IMG/VR virus record: IMGVR_UViG_3300029554_000001 | Origin: a virus | Length of the DNA: 64,000 nucleotides | Reading direction: 5' to 3' (one strand) | Shown here: positions 8,635-19,522 of the stretch, piece after piece | Position numbering within the stretch: position 1 is the stretch's first letter | Layout: the number at the start of each line of letters is the position of its first letter | Position numbers and translations under genes: made by a program | The notes under the pieces: model-generated | Told to the model about the DNA's origin: nothing | Seen by the model: only the letters and a program-made list of their open reading frames with translations | Database searches by the model: none

Positions 8635-10548
8635 TTGGATAAAAAAGTTCTGAAATTTGAACTTTCTCCGCAAAGTTTGAAAATTAAGAATGTGTTAAAA
8701 AATGACTTTATTGCTATCGACGTTTACGCGATTTCTGATGTCTACCCTAATAGAAATAATAGCTATTTCCCTGTGTCTGCTATGCAAGACGCTAAACCTA
8801 CCTTTTATAATAAACCCGCTCTTGGTGCTTTTGATACTACTCATGATGACTTTAAAGCTCATGAAATGGAATATAGATGGGATAATGAGTTACAACAAGA
8901 TTACTTTGACTTTACTAATGGTAAATGTGAAGTCCCACTTGGCGTAATTCGTGGCGAAGATTTGGTTGAAATTGTCGAACATGACGGTCAAACTTGGGTA
9001 CATTTTACTTGCGTTCTTTGGGCTAAATATGCTTATAAACAAGTTAAAAGATTGCTTAAGGATACTAAAAAGAAAATTTCTGTAGAAATAGAAGTCCTTG
9101 AAAGTCATATAGATGAAAATAAAGTCGAAGTAATAGATAGATTCATTTTTGATGGATTTACTATTCTTGGTTCTGCTGTTACTGAAGCTATCCCTAATGC
9201 ACATTTAACCATTCTTGATAAAATTAATGACGCTGTTTATCAGAAACAGGAAAAATGCTTATCTTTCGCTTATAAAGAGTTGGAAGATAATAACAATAAA
9301 GATAAAAATTCTGGCTCTGATACAGATAATAAAAATGAGGATTTCGATTCCATTATTCCTGATAACGGAATTGTTAATGAAAAAGTGGACGAAATCACGA
9401 TGGATAATGAACAAAGAGGGGAGGAACCAAAAACAATGACCTATGAAGAGAAAAGACAACTTCTCGAATCTTTTCTGAATAGCGGTCTTGATGAGAATGC
9501 TTCTCATTACAGTGTCACGGAAATTAACGACAATGTTGTTTGCTTTAGCCTTGATGATGAAAATTTTAAAGCTACTTATAGCATCAACGAAGAAAATGTC
9601 GCTAATGTTGATATGGACGCTAAAGAAAAGATTGTACTCTCTAAGGATGAAAATCCTGAAGATGAGAGTGGTAAAGAGACTGAATCCAAGGAATGTGAAT
9701 CTGAAGACGGCAAGTGCGAAGTCTGCGGTAACAACCCTTGCACTTGTGCGCATGAAGATGACGATGGTAATAAGGATGACGGTCATAAAGAGAATGAGTC
9801 TGAAGATGACAAAAATGATGATGACCACGACCATGATGATGATAATGATGATAACGACGATGATGATGGCAAAAAGGAAACCGAGGCTGAGGATAACGAT
9901 GGTGAAAAGAAAATCGAAAATTGCGAAGACCCCGCTCAGTTTGCCGCTACTGATGTAACTGTCGATGAATCTCATGCTGACCATGGACAGATTGAAGGTG
10001 AAGAGCTTGGTTCTCCTAAAGTTGATACTGATATCCTCAAAGAACATGATGATGGCAGTATTTTAGTCGGCCAACCTTCTGGTGAAAGTAATGTTATTCA
10101 GGATACCCACTATGCTGTCGGTGATGAACAACTTACTGCTGATGAACTTTATGAGAGATTCAATACTCTTAATACCTCTTTCGCTGAACTGACTGAAAAG
10201 TATAACGCTCTTAATGCTCAGTTTAACGCAAAGAAAAATGCCGAACTTTATGCTTTGGCTTGTTCTTTGGTTGATTCTGAAGAAGATTTGACTGAGGAAA
10301 ATGCTACTAATATTAAGGCATTTATGAAAGAAAATTGTGATAACAGTACTTATGCTTCCGATGAGGAACTTAATGAGGCTGTTGACCATAAAATTGCAGA
10401 TGCTCTTTATGCTCAGAAGAAACTTAGTAGAAAAGCTAAGGAGAAAGAGTTTTCTGCTGATATCGTTAAGGATAAACCTGTTGTTACTGAAGTGAACGAC
10501 AGCGCAAATAACCTTAAAAATGCAATGAAAAATCTTAATAAGATTTAA
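8635..10548 (+). CDS. acidic scaffold-like protein (possible protease-scaffold fusion)
   Basis: AAAGGAGG SD before TTG 8635. 637 aa. Globular N-terminal ~200 aa, an extreme D/E/N tract (about 9700-9900) and a C-terminal coiled coil. Lies between the portal and capsid genes. The protease call is not supported by clear catalytic motifs. Confidence 0.5.
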   Translation: MDKKVLKFELSPQSLKIKNVLKNDFIAIDVYAISDVYPNRNNSYFPVSAMQDAKPTFYNKPALGAFDTTHDDFKAHEMEYRWDNELQQDYFDFTNGKCEVPLGVIRGEDLVEIVEHDGQTWVHFTCVLWAKYAYKQVKRLLKDTKKKISVEIEVLESHIDENKVEVIDRFIFDGFTILGSAVTEAIPNAHLTILDKINDAVYQKQEKCLSFAYKELEDNNNKDKNSGSDTDNKNEDFDSIIPDNGIVNEKVDEITMDNEQRGEEPKTMTYEEKRQLLESFLNSGLDENASHYSVTEINDNVVCFSLDDENFKATYSINEENVANVDMDAKEKIVLSKDENPEDESGKETESKECESEDGKCEVCGNNPCTCAHEDDDGNKDDGHKENESEDDKNDDDHDHDDDNDDNDDDDGKKETEAEDNDGEKKIENCEDPAQFAATDVTVDESHADHGQIEGEELGSPKVDTDILKEHDDGSILVGQPSGESNVIQDTHYAVGDEQLTADELYERFNTLNTSFAELTEKYNALNAQFNAKKNAELYALACSLVDSEEDLTEENATNIKAFMKENCDNSTYASDEELNEAVDHKIADALYAQKKLSRKAKEKEFSADIVKDKPVVTEVNDSANNLKNAMKNLNKI

Positions 10549-10572
10549 TTAAAAAAGGAGGATAACTTTATT

Positions 10573-11100
10573 ATGAAATTTATTGAGAAGATTTTGATGG
10601 CTTCTGAAGATGTTAAAAGCTATCTGGTTTCTGGCGTTTGCAAAGACAAGGAACTCGCTGATGGTTCTTTGGTTGAAATTGGCGACCTCATCGACCATGA
10701 GGTTTATAAGGGTCTGAAGGATATGAATACTCGTGAGATTAAGCCTTACGCTGGTACTGGTCGTGTCGGTATCGTTGACTATGTTGGCGTTTCTAAGGGC
10801 GAAATCATGGGCGTTGTCTACAGTGAGGGTGTTAAGACTTGCGGTCTTCCTTGCCCTGCTGGTGCTCATACTCGCGTTCGTTGCCCCAAGCTTGGTGACG
10901 AGTTCTATCTCGGTGAAGATAACTTTGAGTCTGCTCCTACGGCTGGTCAGTTCGCTGTTGCTGGTTCTGATGGTCAGTGGGCTCCTGCTGCTGTTGCTGC
11001 TGCTGACAAGCTCTGTGTTAAGGTCGAGTTTGGCAAGGATAAGATTATCGGTGTCAAGAACGAGGGTAAGAAGTTCTATTGCACCGTTGTCCACGAGTAA
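10573..11100 (+). CDS. abundant capsid-associated protein candidate (decoration/cement?)
   Basis: AAAGGAGG SD. 175 aa. GC-richer, strongly biased codon choice like the capsid and tail-tube genes. No TAG. Sits directly upstream of the major capsid gene. Confidence 0.45.
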   Translation: MKFIEKILMASEDVKSYLVSGVCKDKELADGSLVEIGDLIDHEVYKGLKDMNTREIKPYAGTGRVGIVDYVGVSKGEIMGVVYSEGVKTCGLPCPAGAHTRVRCPKLGDEFYLGEDNFESAPTAGQFAVAGSDGQWAPAAVAAADKLCVKVEFGKDKIIGVKNEGKKFYCTVVHE

Positions 11101-11106
11101 TTTTAA

Positions 11107-11143
11107 ATTGTTCTTGAATAATTGTTCTTGAATAACTTGAATA
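11107..11143 (+). repeat. tandem 14-bp repeat ATTGTTCTTGAATA x2 plus partial ACTTGAATA
   Basis: Read directly: 11107-11120, 11121-11134, partial copy 11135-11143. Lies just upstream of a promoter-like element and the capsid gene. Confidence 0.7.
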
Positions 11144-11156
11144 GTTTAAAAAAATA

Positions 11157-11184
11157 TTGATATTTACTTTATGATTTTTATAAA
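11157..11184 (+). promoter_or_regulatory. sigma70-like promoter upstream of the major capsid gene
   Basis: TTGATA (11157-11162), 16-nt spacer, TATAAA (11179-11184). Confidence 0.45.
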
Positions 11185-11208
11185 TTAATTAAGGAGGATT
11201 TTGTTATT

Positions 11209-11704
11209 ATGAAACAAATTTTTAGTTATAACAAATTCAACGAAGATGTCGCTGATGGTCTCGTTGAAACTTGCTATTCTTTGGCTCAGAAGTCCATTGA
11301 GGGTAAGAACAACACCCCTGAGTATATTGAAGCTAATAAGACCTTTAACCAAGAGTTTATGAAGTATTGTGTTGAGAACGCTGGCATGAAGTGGAGCGGT
11401 CTCGATATGATTAAGAATCCTATGGTCTACAAGAAGAGTAACTTCCTTGAGACTTTTGATACCATTCTTGCTGGTGCTATCACTCCTGTTGTTCCTACTG
11501 TTGCTGCGTCTGGTTATGAACAGCTTTATGATGTCACTCAGGTTGGTTTCGGTGATGTTGCTAAGTATGAAGTCGATAGCAATGAGCTCTTCATTGTGAA
11601 TAGCCTTGCTGAAGGCATTGCTCGTGGTGGTGTTCAGACTGCTTCTAACACTGAGTATACTATTTCTGCTAAGAGAGAGCAGATTTCTCTCTATGTTGAC
11701 TGGT
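11209..11704 (+). CDS. major capsid protein, exon 1
   Basis: AAGGAGG SD. Biased codon usage. Exon ends in phase 1 at U 11704 (P1 model). Spliced product is 370 aa. The capsid call rests on position, size and expression-type codon bias. Confidence 0.6.
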
Positions 11705-13151
11705 TAAATATAAGTACGTTATAAATAGCTAGGGCGTATAGTAATATGCGTAAAAATATTTCCATTTAATTGCTGGAATACCGTAAAGACAATCAAACTA
11801 CAACGCAAAATTGAAATAGATTTAATCGTGATAGTTGCGAAAGCAGAAAAAATTGATTGTATGATATAAGGTTAAACCCTAAGTATCTTAAAAATTGGTA
11901 ATCAGCAGCCAAGCTTCGAAAAGAAGAAGGTTCAACGACTATCCTCGTAAGAGGAGTAGGAATATAGTCAATAAATTATTCCGAAATGGTGGACATCCTA
12001 TAGGGATGAAGATATAGTCTAAGCTTGTGTGAAAATACAAGAATCCGAAAGGGTTAGAGCGAATTGACGATTCGAAAAATTTAGTGTTTAAATAAAATAA
12101 AAAGGAGGTTTGTATGTTAAAAGAAAATCAATTGATTGAAATTCCTTGGACACAAACCGCTTAGAAATATTTCAATGAAAAAGGTTATAGTCTTTTTAAA
12201 GGGAAGACTATTCATGTTAAACCAGAAGAATTACCAGAAGGAAGCCATAGAGAAGTTGTGGCTGTTTGTGATTTTTGTGGAAAAGAAATAACGGTTCAAT
12301 ACAAAAAATATTTAAAAAGAATAGAAAAGCATGATGGTAAATATTGTTGTAGAGATTGTTGGGGAAAGAATAAAGAGCTAATAGCTCAAAGAAATAATAA
12401 GTCTATAAAAACAAATTTAGAAAAATATGGAGTAGATAATCCTGCTAAAAGTGAAGAAATTAAGGATAAATCTAAAAAGACTTTAAATGAAAAATATGGG
12501 GTGGATAATCCTCGGTAGATTAAGGAAGGTCAAGAAAAAGCAAAACAGACTTGTTTGAAAAAATATGGAGTTGAATATCCAATTTTAACAAAAGAAGCAA
12601 AAGAAAAAGCTGTTAAAACTTGTTTGGAAAAATATGGAGATGTAAATCCTTTTTCGAATAAAGAAGTAAGAGCTAAAGCTATCAACACTTGCAGGGAAAA
12701 ATACGGTTGTGATTATCCCGTACAAAATCCAGAAGTGCGAAAAAGAATGCAAGAAGCATTAGCTAATAAAAAAGAATTAATTCCATGTTCTTCACAACAG
12801 TTAAAAATTTATGAAATGCTTTTAGATGAATATAAAGTAGAGTTGAACTACCCTTTAAGTCAACTCAATTTAGATGTAGCTATTTTTATTGGAGATATTA
12901 AAATAGATTTGGAATATGATGGTTGGTATTGGCATCAAGACCAGTAGAAAGATATAAAAAGAGATAGAGTAGTTCAAAAAATGGGTTACAAAGTCTTAAG
13001 AATAAAAGGAGACCATTCTATTCCAGAAAAACAAGAAATAATTGACAAGATAAATTGGCTATTAAAAGATAATAATTATTATGCTGAAATAATTTTAAAA
13101 GATTATGAATAGCAAAAAGCTAAAAACACTAAATAACTCTTAATATAACTG
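11705..13151 (+). mobile_element. group I intron B (major capsid gene) carrying an endonuclease ORF
   Basis: P1: CTGGT (11700-11704) pairs with GCTAG (11728-11732), with U.G at the splice site. P2 CGTATA-GTAA-TATGCG at 11735-11750. Core blocks homologous to introns A and C (TTGCTGGAATACCGTAAAG at 11770). Terminal G 13151. Splicing joins T + AC into TAC and restores the frame (VDW-Y-HVASG). Confidence 0.7.
12114..13136 (+). CDS. intron-encoded homing endonuclease, PD-(D/E)xK / EDxHD-like
   Basis: AAAGGAGG SD. ORFs 12258 and 12555 share one frame with ATG 12114; 4 in-frame TAG. Five or more EKYG(V/D).NP modules, then LDVAIF..IDLEYDGWYWHQD..RD....MGYKVLRI. Confidence 0.65.
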
Positions 13152-13768
13152 ACCACGTGGCATCGGGTCGCCAAGATTGGGGTAAGCTTCTCCAGAAGAT
13201 TGGTGCTTCTTTTGCCGCTTATATTCAGGCTCGTCTTGCTAAGGTAATGGCTTCTATTATTACCAATAACACTGACGTTGCCACTAACAATCAAGATGGT
13301 ATCGCTGGCTATATGGCTAACGGTCTTACTGATGAAAACTGGCTCAAAGTTGCACGTTTGGTAAAACTTGCTAATGGCGGTGCTGATGTTTATGCTCTTG
13401 GTACTTCTATTGCTCTCGCTTCTGTCCTTCCTGACAGTGCAAAGGGTTTCCGTTATGGTGAGGATAGCGCTATTGTTAGAGATGGCTTCCTGCCTGATTA
13501 CAAGAATGTTCCTATGATTGAACTGGGTAACGCTCTTGTTCCTAACACCATCAATGGTGAGCCTGAAGTCGTTCTTCCTGATGATATTATTTACATGCTT
13601 CCTCTTGGTATGAATAAGCCTATCAAGGTTGTCATGGAAGGTAATACCGTTTCTGTTGAGAAGGACCCCTTGTTTGCTGCTGACCATACTTACGGTTTCA
13701 CCGTTGACATGCGTATGGGTATGGACGCTATTGTAGGTAGCAAGATTGGTGCTATTACTCTTAACTAA
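13152..13768 (+). CDS. major capsid protein, exon 2
   Basis: Frame of ORF 13157-13768. No TAG. The codon-biased region resumes right after the intron's terminal G. Confidence 0.6.
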
Positions 13769-13876
13769 TATCAAATTATAATCTAATTATAAGTAATTAA
13801 TTATAATAATTAGTTAATTTCGTAAATTCTGGTTGCTCCAGATATGTTTAAAAGGTTTAAAAGGAGATTGTAAAAA

Positions 13877-14725
13877 ATGGCTGTAAATAAGAAAACTATT
13901 AAAAATACAGAAGAAGTTGTAAACGAAACTAATAAGGAACAAATTGCTGAGAATGCGGAGACTTCTGTTAAGGAGTCTCCTGCTACTCAGTCTTCTATCT
14001 CGTTAGAAGATATTCAAGCTATGATGGCAAAGTTCCAGTCTACGATTGAATCTTTGAGTAGTGAACTCAAGGAAGAGAAAGCAAAGAACGAAAAGTTGGC
14101 AGAAGCAATCAAAGAATCTACTTTGAATGATAGAGAGGGCGATACAGAAAGTTCTTTTAAGGCAAAAGAAGTACAGGATAATACTTCTAATACAACAGAA
14201 AGACTTTTGGAAATTCTTGGCAATAGAAAGAGTGACAAGGAAATTGTTATTGTTCATAATCGTGAGTTGCTTGGTGGTCTTTCAACCGCTATTCAGCTTA
14301 CTGGTTTGACTATTAATTTCCATACTCTCGGAGAACAGCGTGTTCTTAGTTGGCAACAGTTTGAGGAATGTGTTTCCAAATATCGTAAGTGGTTCGATAA
14401 AGAAATTATTCTTTTGGCTCCCGAATTCGCTGATGTTGCGGAACGCTATAATGTTTCCTGTTTAAAGAGAGAGGGTCATGCTGTTGTTACGAAGGGAGAC
14501 CTCGTAAATATTTACAAGAAGAGTGAGCGTGAACTTGAGGATTACATGAATTCTTTGACTGAAGCTGATAAAGACTTTATTTGTTCTTATTGGCTTGGAA
14601 AGTGCTATGAAAATGATGCTAAATATCGTGTTAGAAGTAAAGTTGAGCTTCTGAACAGAATTTCTAACAAGGGTGTTTTTGACAATCTGTTGGCTCAAAT
14701 GAATTTTGATTCAATAAGACATTAA
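13877..14725 (+). CDS. hypothetical structural-module protein
   Basis: AAAGGAG SD. 282-aa intact ORF with an acidic coiled-coil N-terminus. Confidence 0.6.
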   Translation: MAVNKKTIKNTEEVVNETNKEQIAENAETSVKESPATQSSISLEDIQAMMAKFQSTIESLSSELKEEKAKNEKLAEAIKESTLNDREGDTESSFKAKEVQDNTSNTTERLLEILGNRKSDKEIVIVHNRELLGGLSTAIQLTGLTINFHTLGEQRVLSWQQFEECVSKYRKWFDKEIILLAPEFADVAERYNVSCLKREGHAVVTKGDLVNIYKKSERELEDYMNSLTEADKDFICSYWLGKCYENDAKYRVRSKVELLNRISNKGVFDNLLAQMNFDSIRH

Positions 14726-14744
14726 ACAAATAAGGAGGGTTTAA

Positions 14745-15452
14745 ATGGGCATTTTGTTTAGTGATGTCTATCGAAAAGCAATAGCCTTATTTGATGACCC
14801 AAGGATTACGACAGCGTATGAGACTAATCCTTTGCAATTTAATAAGATAATGTACACCTATTTGCAAAATGCAATATCTATGTTTAACAACCCTCTAAGC
14901 GTTTCTTTACGTTTATCTCAATATAAAGAACCAAAAGGTATCATGCAAGTTTTTGAAGGGGATGGTAAGAATAATAAATTCGAACTTGACCCTGAGTTTG
15001 AGATTCAGGATAATTCAGTATATAATTATATTGAGGGAGAATTATTGGTGCAAGGCTCGATTGATAAAGAAGCTCACACTGTAGAATTCCCTGATGTGTT
15101 ACCTGAAGGCAAGCAATATGCAGTTGAGCAATATTATGTTGGTGAATTTACTGACAATTTTGAAGGCTTAACTAATAAAAATGTAAATGGTACAAGTTTA
15201 GTGGTAGGTTATGTTAAAGATATTCTTGCTCGTTTGCTTGTAAAAGCATGGGGAGAAGAAGAGCGCAATTTGTTATTAGATATTCGCAATTTAATGCAAG
15301 ACAGCGATTTCAAGATTATGTCTAATGACCGTATCTTAAAAGCAAAAAACGAATGGGTAGACCAACTTGATTCAGAAATATACAATTATCAAAATAGACT
15401 TGCGTGGCAAATCCGTTTTATGGGTGGTAGTAAGTTTATAGGAAGGGGGTAA
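14745..15452 (+). CDS. hypothetical protein (head-tail connector candidate by position)
   Basis: AAGGAGG SD. 235-aa intact ORF. Confidence 0.5.
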   Translation: MGILFSDVYRKAIALFDDPRITTAYETNPLQFNKIMYTYLQNAISMFNNPLSVSLRLSQYKEPKGIMQVFEGDGKNNKFELDPEFEIQDNSVYNYIEGELLVQGSIDKEAHTVEFPDVLPEGKQYAVEQYYVGEFTDNFEGLTNKNVNGTSLVVGYVKDILARLLVKAWGEEERNLLLDIRNLMQDSDFKIMSNDRILKAKNEWVDQLDSEIYNYQNRLAWQIRFMGGSKFIGRG

Positions 15453-15454
15453 AG

Positions 15455-15790
15455 ATGGATAAAGACGAAAAGAACTTCAAAGTAGTTTTATCTATTAATG
15501 AGAAAATTATATGCTTAGAAGAAATAGTTTCAAAATTGAAGAAAGTTCTTTATGTATATGACAAATCTCAAGAACCCGATTCCACTTATAATTACCGTGT
15601 GTATTGTGGTGGAATAATGATGTATGTTTCGTCAAGTAATATTCTTTTTGATGGTGAATTAGTAAGTATTATAATTAATATCAATGCTATTTTAACGAAT
15701 CAATTAGATAAAGGACAGATTAAGAAGTTAATATTTGAATCAATCAATTATGCAGAGTATTTATTAAAGAAATACAAAAACGAAGGTTAA
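15455..15790 (+). CDS. hypothetical protein
   Basis: 111-aa ORF tightly packed after the previous gene. Confidence 0.5.
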   Translation: MDKDEKNFKVVLSINEKIICLEEIVSKLKKVLYVYDKSQEPDSTYNYRVYCGGIMMYVSSSNILFDGELVSIIININAILTNQLDKGQIKKLIFESINYAEYLLKKYKNEG

Positions 15791-15807
15791 GGAGATTATG
15801 GATTAAA

Positions 15808-17031
15808 ATGGCGATTTTAAATACTACCGATATTGTTGATAGCAGTATCATGCTCAAAGCTCGTTTAAAGCATAACATGGTTGGAGATAATTATTACATT
15901 CAAAATCTGCAACATAAACGCAATTAGGATTGGGAGTATAGATATAATGTAGTTGATATAGAAGAAGAAAGAGACCGACAAATAGAATATACAACAAAGA
16001 TGCCTGAATATACAGCCTTAGATAGCGTAGTTATAAGGAATGTAAAAGGTGAGCGTGGAGAGGATTTGGGAACAGATTGGGCTGAGATTTCTTTTAGAGA
16101 TTTAAAATATCCAAATCCACTGGGAAAAAGGTATCGTTTTTCTTTGGCGTTTCCTGATATGAAAGAGATGTCAGAAGAAGAAAAACATTATGATACTAGT
16201 GTCTGGATTGCTATTAATAAAGCTCCTATAAATCCACGGAACTCTTGTGTTGTGCGTAGATGCAATGCGAATATTGCGCTACTCGGGTCTCCGACAAACA
16301 ATCAAACCGATGCTACTGAGATAAGGTACGAGCCTATTGTACTGGAAAATGAATTGAAATATATGAACCAGTATTATAACAAAACTTTGGTAATACCTCA
16401 AGCTGAGTGGTATGTTACGATGCAATTAAATTATTTCTCTAACGCTGTTAAGATTAATAGCCGAGTTATTCTTGGTGGAACAAATTAGCAGGATATAGAA
16501 AATAATGCTATATATAAAGTTAAAGCTGTTATAAAGAGTACATCTACAAAAACTTTTGCAAAAAGTGGTTTTACAGGGTTGGAAGACATACCTTTCGTAG
16601 TCTTGGCTTTGGATAAAGACATGTGGAGTGCAGAAGACAATGCGATTACTCGTGTTGCTAATAATGCGCCATTGTATTTTATTCCAAAAAAGGAAGACCT
16701 TCATGATGAGGAGTACCATATTACTCTTAAAAATTGTGATGATTATAAAATAATTCTTGGCAATAGTCAAGAATATGAAACTGAATTAAGTTTCAAAGGT
16801 GGTACGCTTCCTACTCAATTTGAGTATAAAGTTGTGTTAAATGGTATAAAAGAGGAAAACTGGAGCAAATATTATGAGTTTAAACAAACTGGTGACAATA
16901 CTTTTGTTATTAAAAATCTAAAAACCTGTAATAGAGGAACATTGGATGTAATTGCTATATGTGCTGACCCAGATATAGCGGGAGTTACCATTAGTGAAAT
17001 TTTTAGCTTTAAGTTAGGAGGTTTTTATTAA
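15808..17031 (+). CDS. hypothetical structural protein
   Basis: ATG 15808 is in frame with ORFs 16000 and 16579 through TAG at about 15925 and 16486. 407 aa. Confidence 0.55.
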
Positions 17032-17687
17032 TGATTGATTCTAGTTACGCACCTTCAGCTTTTAATAGGTTTGTTAACTTAGATGGAGTAGAAGATAGAA
17101 TAATTTATTATTTGTTATCTCCTAATAAAAAAACCCCCGAAGAATTGGAACAAACTCATATTATTTGGAAACTTTTGTATTATAATGATGCAGATGCTCT
17201 TAATAGAGAATTGCCTACATATCAATAGATTACTTCTTTGATATGTTCTGATGATATAACACAAACCGACAAACGTATTTTTAGAAGTCCTCATTTTGAA
17301 GATGCTTGGACGGTTGAAAGTACATTATTAAAAATTTATATCGACCAAATTATTCCTACAGATAGATACAAAGCTGTTGTTAATTTTGGAATTGATATAA
17401 TTACACATAATAAATGTATTAATATCAATCCAAGTGATGATGATAAAACTTATCCTGTTGATACAGTTGATGGGGTTGAAATTCCTATTACTGGAAAAAG
17501 TCGTGTTTCTACTTTGTTAAAAGCTGTTTTGTTTTTGCTCAATGGCGCTCATGTATAGGGTGTTGGCAATTTAGAGTTTTCAACAATGATGAGTAGATTC
17601 CAATAGGCTCAATATGGAATTTGGAACAACAGAAATTTTGAAGGAATTAAAGTTGTATTAGGATGCTATATGAGTGGGGTGTCTTAA
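17031..17687 (+). CDS. hypothetical structural protein
   Basis: ORFs 17031 and 17238 share one frame. Three TAG are read through to TAA 17685-17687. Start overlaps the previous stop. Confidence 0.55.
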
Positions 17688-18695
17688 TTGGCAATATCTA
17701 AAGAGTTACAAGCTAAAATGGAAATGTACGAACAAGCCTATTTCGGTCTGGATTTACCAGTGCCATTTAAAGGCTTGTTAATTTATCCAGTTTTAACGAA
17801 AGATTACTATAATTTTTATGCTAATTTATCTTGTTTTACTCAAGATAAAAATATTAAAGAAATAAAAGTTGTAGATGAAAATGGAATAGAAACTACTAAA
17901 AAAGTGGCTAATCCTGAAGGTATTGGTATGTCTTATATGGCATATTTAATATAGAATATGGAAAACCAAGAATATGGACCTATGGTTACTTCTTAGGTAA
18001 TTAATATGTTCGAACTTGTGCTCCATGAAAAAAATGGTTTGTTTTGTCCTCATTGTGGATTCAAACGAACTTAGTTTGAAGTTATCAAAGAATATGCTAA
18101 ATTCCAAGAAACATTACCTGATAATTTAAGCGAAACTGAAAAGAAAGTTAAAGCTCTTGAGTTTATTAATAATTATGCTATATGTCCAGAATGTAAAAAC
18201 AAAATGAGAGATATCTATGGAATTCAAACGGGTGCTAATGGCGTGAAAAAATTATATATATACGATATAGTTTTAGAACCAAAAGAACTTGATGAATTTA
18301 TAGCTATTATTACACACCAAAATATTTTGGATTACGATGGAGATAGGTATATCGACCCCAATTTAAGAGAAGAAATGGAATTAAAGGCGAGGATGCAGAA
18401 CAAGAATTACACATCTCCAAGTTTGGAAAAATAGCTTGTCTGTATATCCATTAGTTCTCCATACACTATGGAGATGTTAAAAGAACAAGTAAGTTTGAGA
18501 AAACTTTCTTTAATGCTAAAAACCATTGATGCTAAGGGGTATTATTACGCTTAGATTTAGGGTGCTATGTCTCGGATGGTTTAGTTTAAGGATGGAGACA
18601 TTCACCATTGGATATTTACTGATAACAAGAAGGATATGTCTAAGGAAATTATGACAATGAATGATTTCCAAAAGAAGTTTGCTTCTGTTACATAA
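17688..18695 (+). CDS. hypothetical protein with CxxC..CxxC zinc ribbon
   Basis: ORFs 17688 and 18204 share one frame, with 7 in-frame TAG. Contains FCPHCG and ICPECK. TAA at 18693-18695. Confidence 0.55.
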
Positions 18696-19501
18696 TGGAG
18701 AGAAAAGTGGAAAAATTTACGACTGAAGAAAAACAAAATATTATAAAAGAATATGAGTCTGGATTGTCTTCTGGATAGCTGGCAGAAAAATATCGGTGTA
18801 ATAAATCGACAATTTGCGACATTCTTAAAAAGAATGGAGTTAAAGCAAGAGATGGACATTTTAAGAGATAGTATTCTTTTAATGAACATTATTTTGACAA
18901 AATTGATTCAGAAGATAAAGCTTATTTTTTGGGTTTGTTATTTGCTGATGGATGTAATTTAAAAGAAAGAAATGTAGTTTGTATTGAGTTGGTAAAAACT
19001 GATTCTGCTATATTAGAAAAATTTGCTGAAGTAACTGAAAATAATAGACCATTGTATGATTATAATCACAAAAATGGTTAGACTTCTACAAAATTAAGTT
19101 TTACTAGTAAATATTTTTGTGAAATTCTTGATAAACTTGGATGTGTACCAAGGAAGTCTTTGGTATTGCAATTTCCAGATTATTTAGACAAATCTCTTTT
19201 AAGACATTTTCTTAGAGGATATTTTGATGGAGATGGAAGTATTACTTTATATAGAGGTAAAAGTACGATTAATCGGCAAGCTTCTGTAGTAAGTAGTAAA
19301 GATTTTATAGAATCTCTTAAAGAAAAAATAAACCAAATTAACCCGAACATACATTACATTACTAGGTCAACTGGTAATGGAAGTAGTTTGGTTTTATGTA
19401 GGAAAGATTCTATTAAAGAATTTTTATCTTATATTTATGAAGACTGTTCTATATATTTAGAAAGAAAATTTCTAAGATATCAAGAACTAATAAATAAATA
19501 A
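18695..19501 (+). CDS. LAGLIDADG homing endonuclease, free-standing, directly upstream of intron C
   Basis: ATG overlaps the previous stop (TAATG). Frame of ORF 19160-19501 with 3 in-frame TAG. Two LAGLIDADG-type motifs, YFLGLLFADGC and LRGYFDGDGS. N-terminal HTH-like region. Confidence 0.75.
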
Positions 19502-19515
19502 GGAGGATATATATT

Positions 19516-19522
19516 ATGTTAT
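19516..19522 (+). CDS. major tail protein, 7-nt exon 1 (ATGTTAT)
   Basis: AAGGAGG SD 8 nt upstream of ATG 19516. GTTAT (19518-19522) pairs with GTAAC (19556-19560), with U.G at the splice site. Phase-1 end matches the phase of exon 2. Confidence 0.55.

Noticed and set aside
9770-9900. GAT/GAC-rich repetitive tract as a microsatellite or CRISPR-like repeat
   Set aside because: Imperfect and in frame. It simply encodes the D/N/E-rich acidic linker. There is no repeat-spacer organisation anywhere in the window.
9259-10047. 262-aa minus-strand ORF (and plus-strand off-frame ORFs 8702, 9215, 9488)
   Set aside because: Antisense or off-frame shadow of the acidic GAT/GAA-rich scaffold-like gene. 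The product is low-complexity I/F-rich with no SD.
10549-13774. Minus-strand ORFs 10549-11094 and 13103-13774, and plus off-frame ORF 10733-11131
   Set aside because: Shadows of highly codon-biased capsid-module genes.
15798-15810. Mini-ORF ATG-GAT-TAA overlapping the start region of gene 15808
   Set aside because: Too short to evaluate. Probably an incidental consequence of SD spacing.
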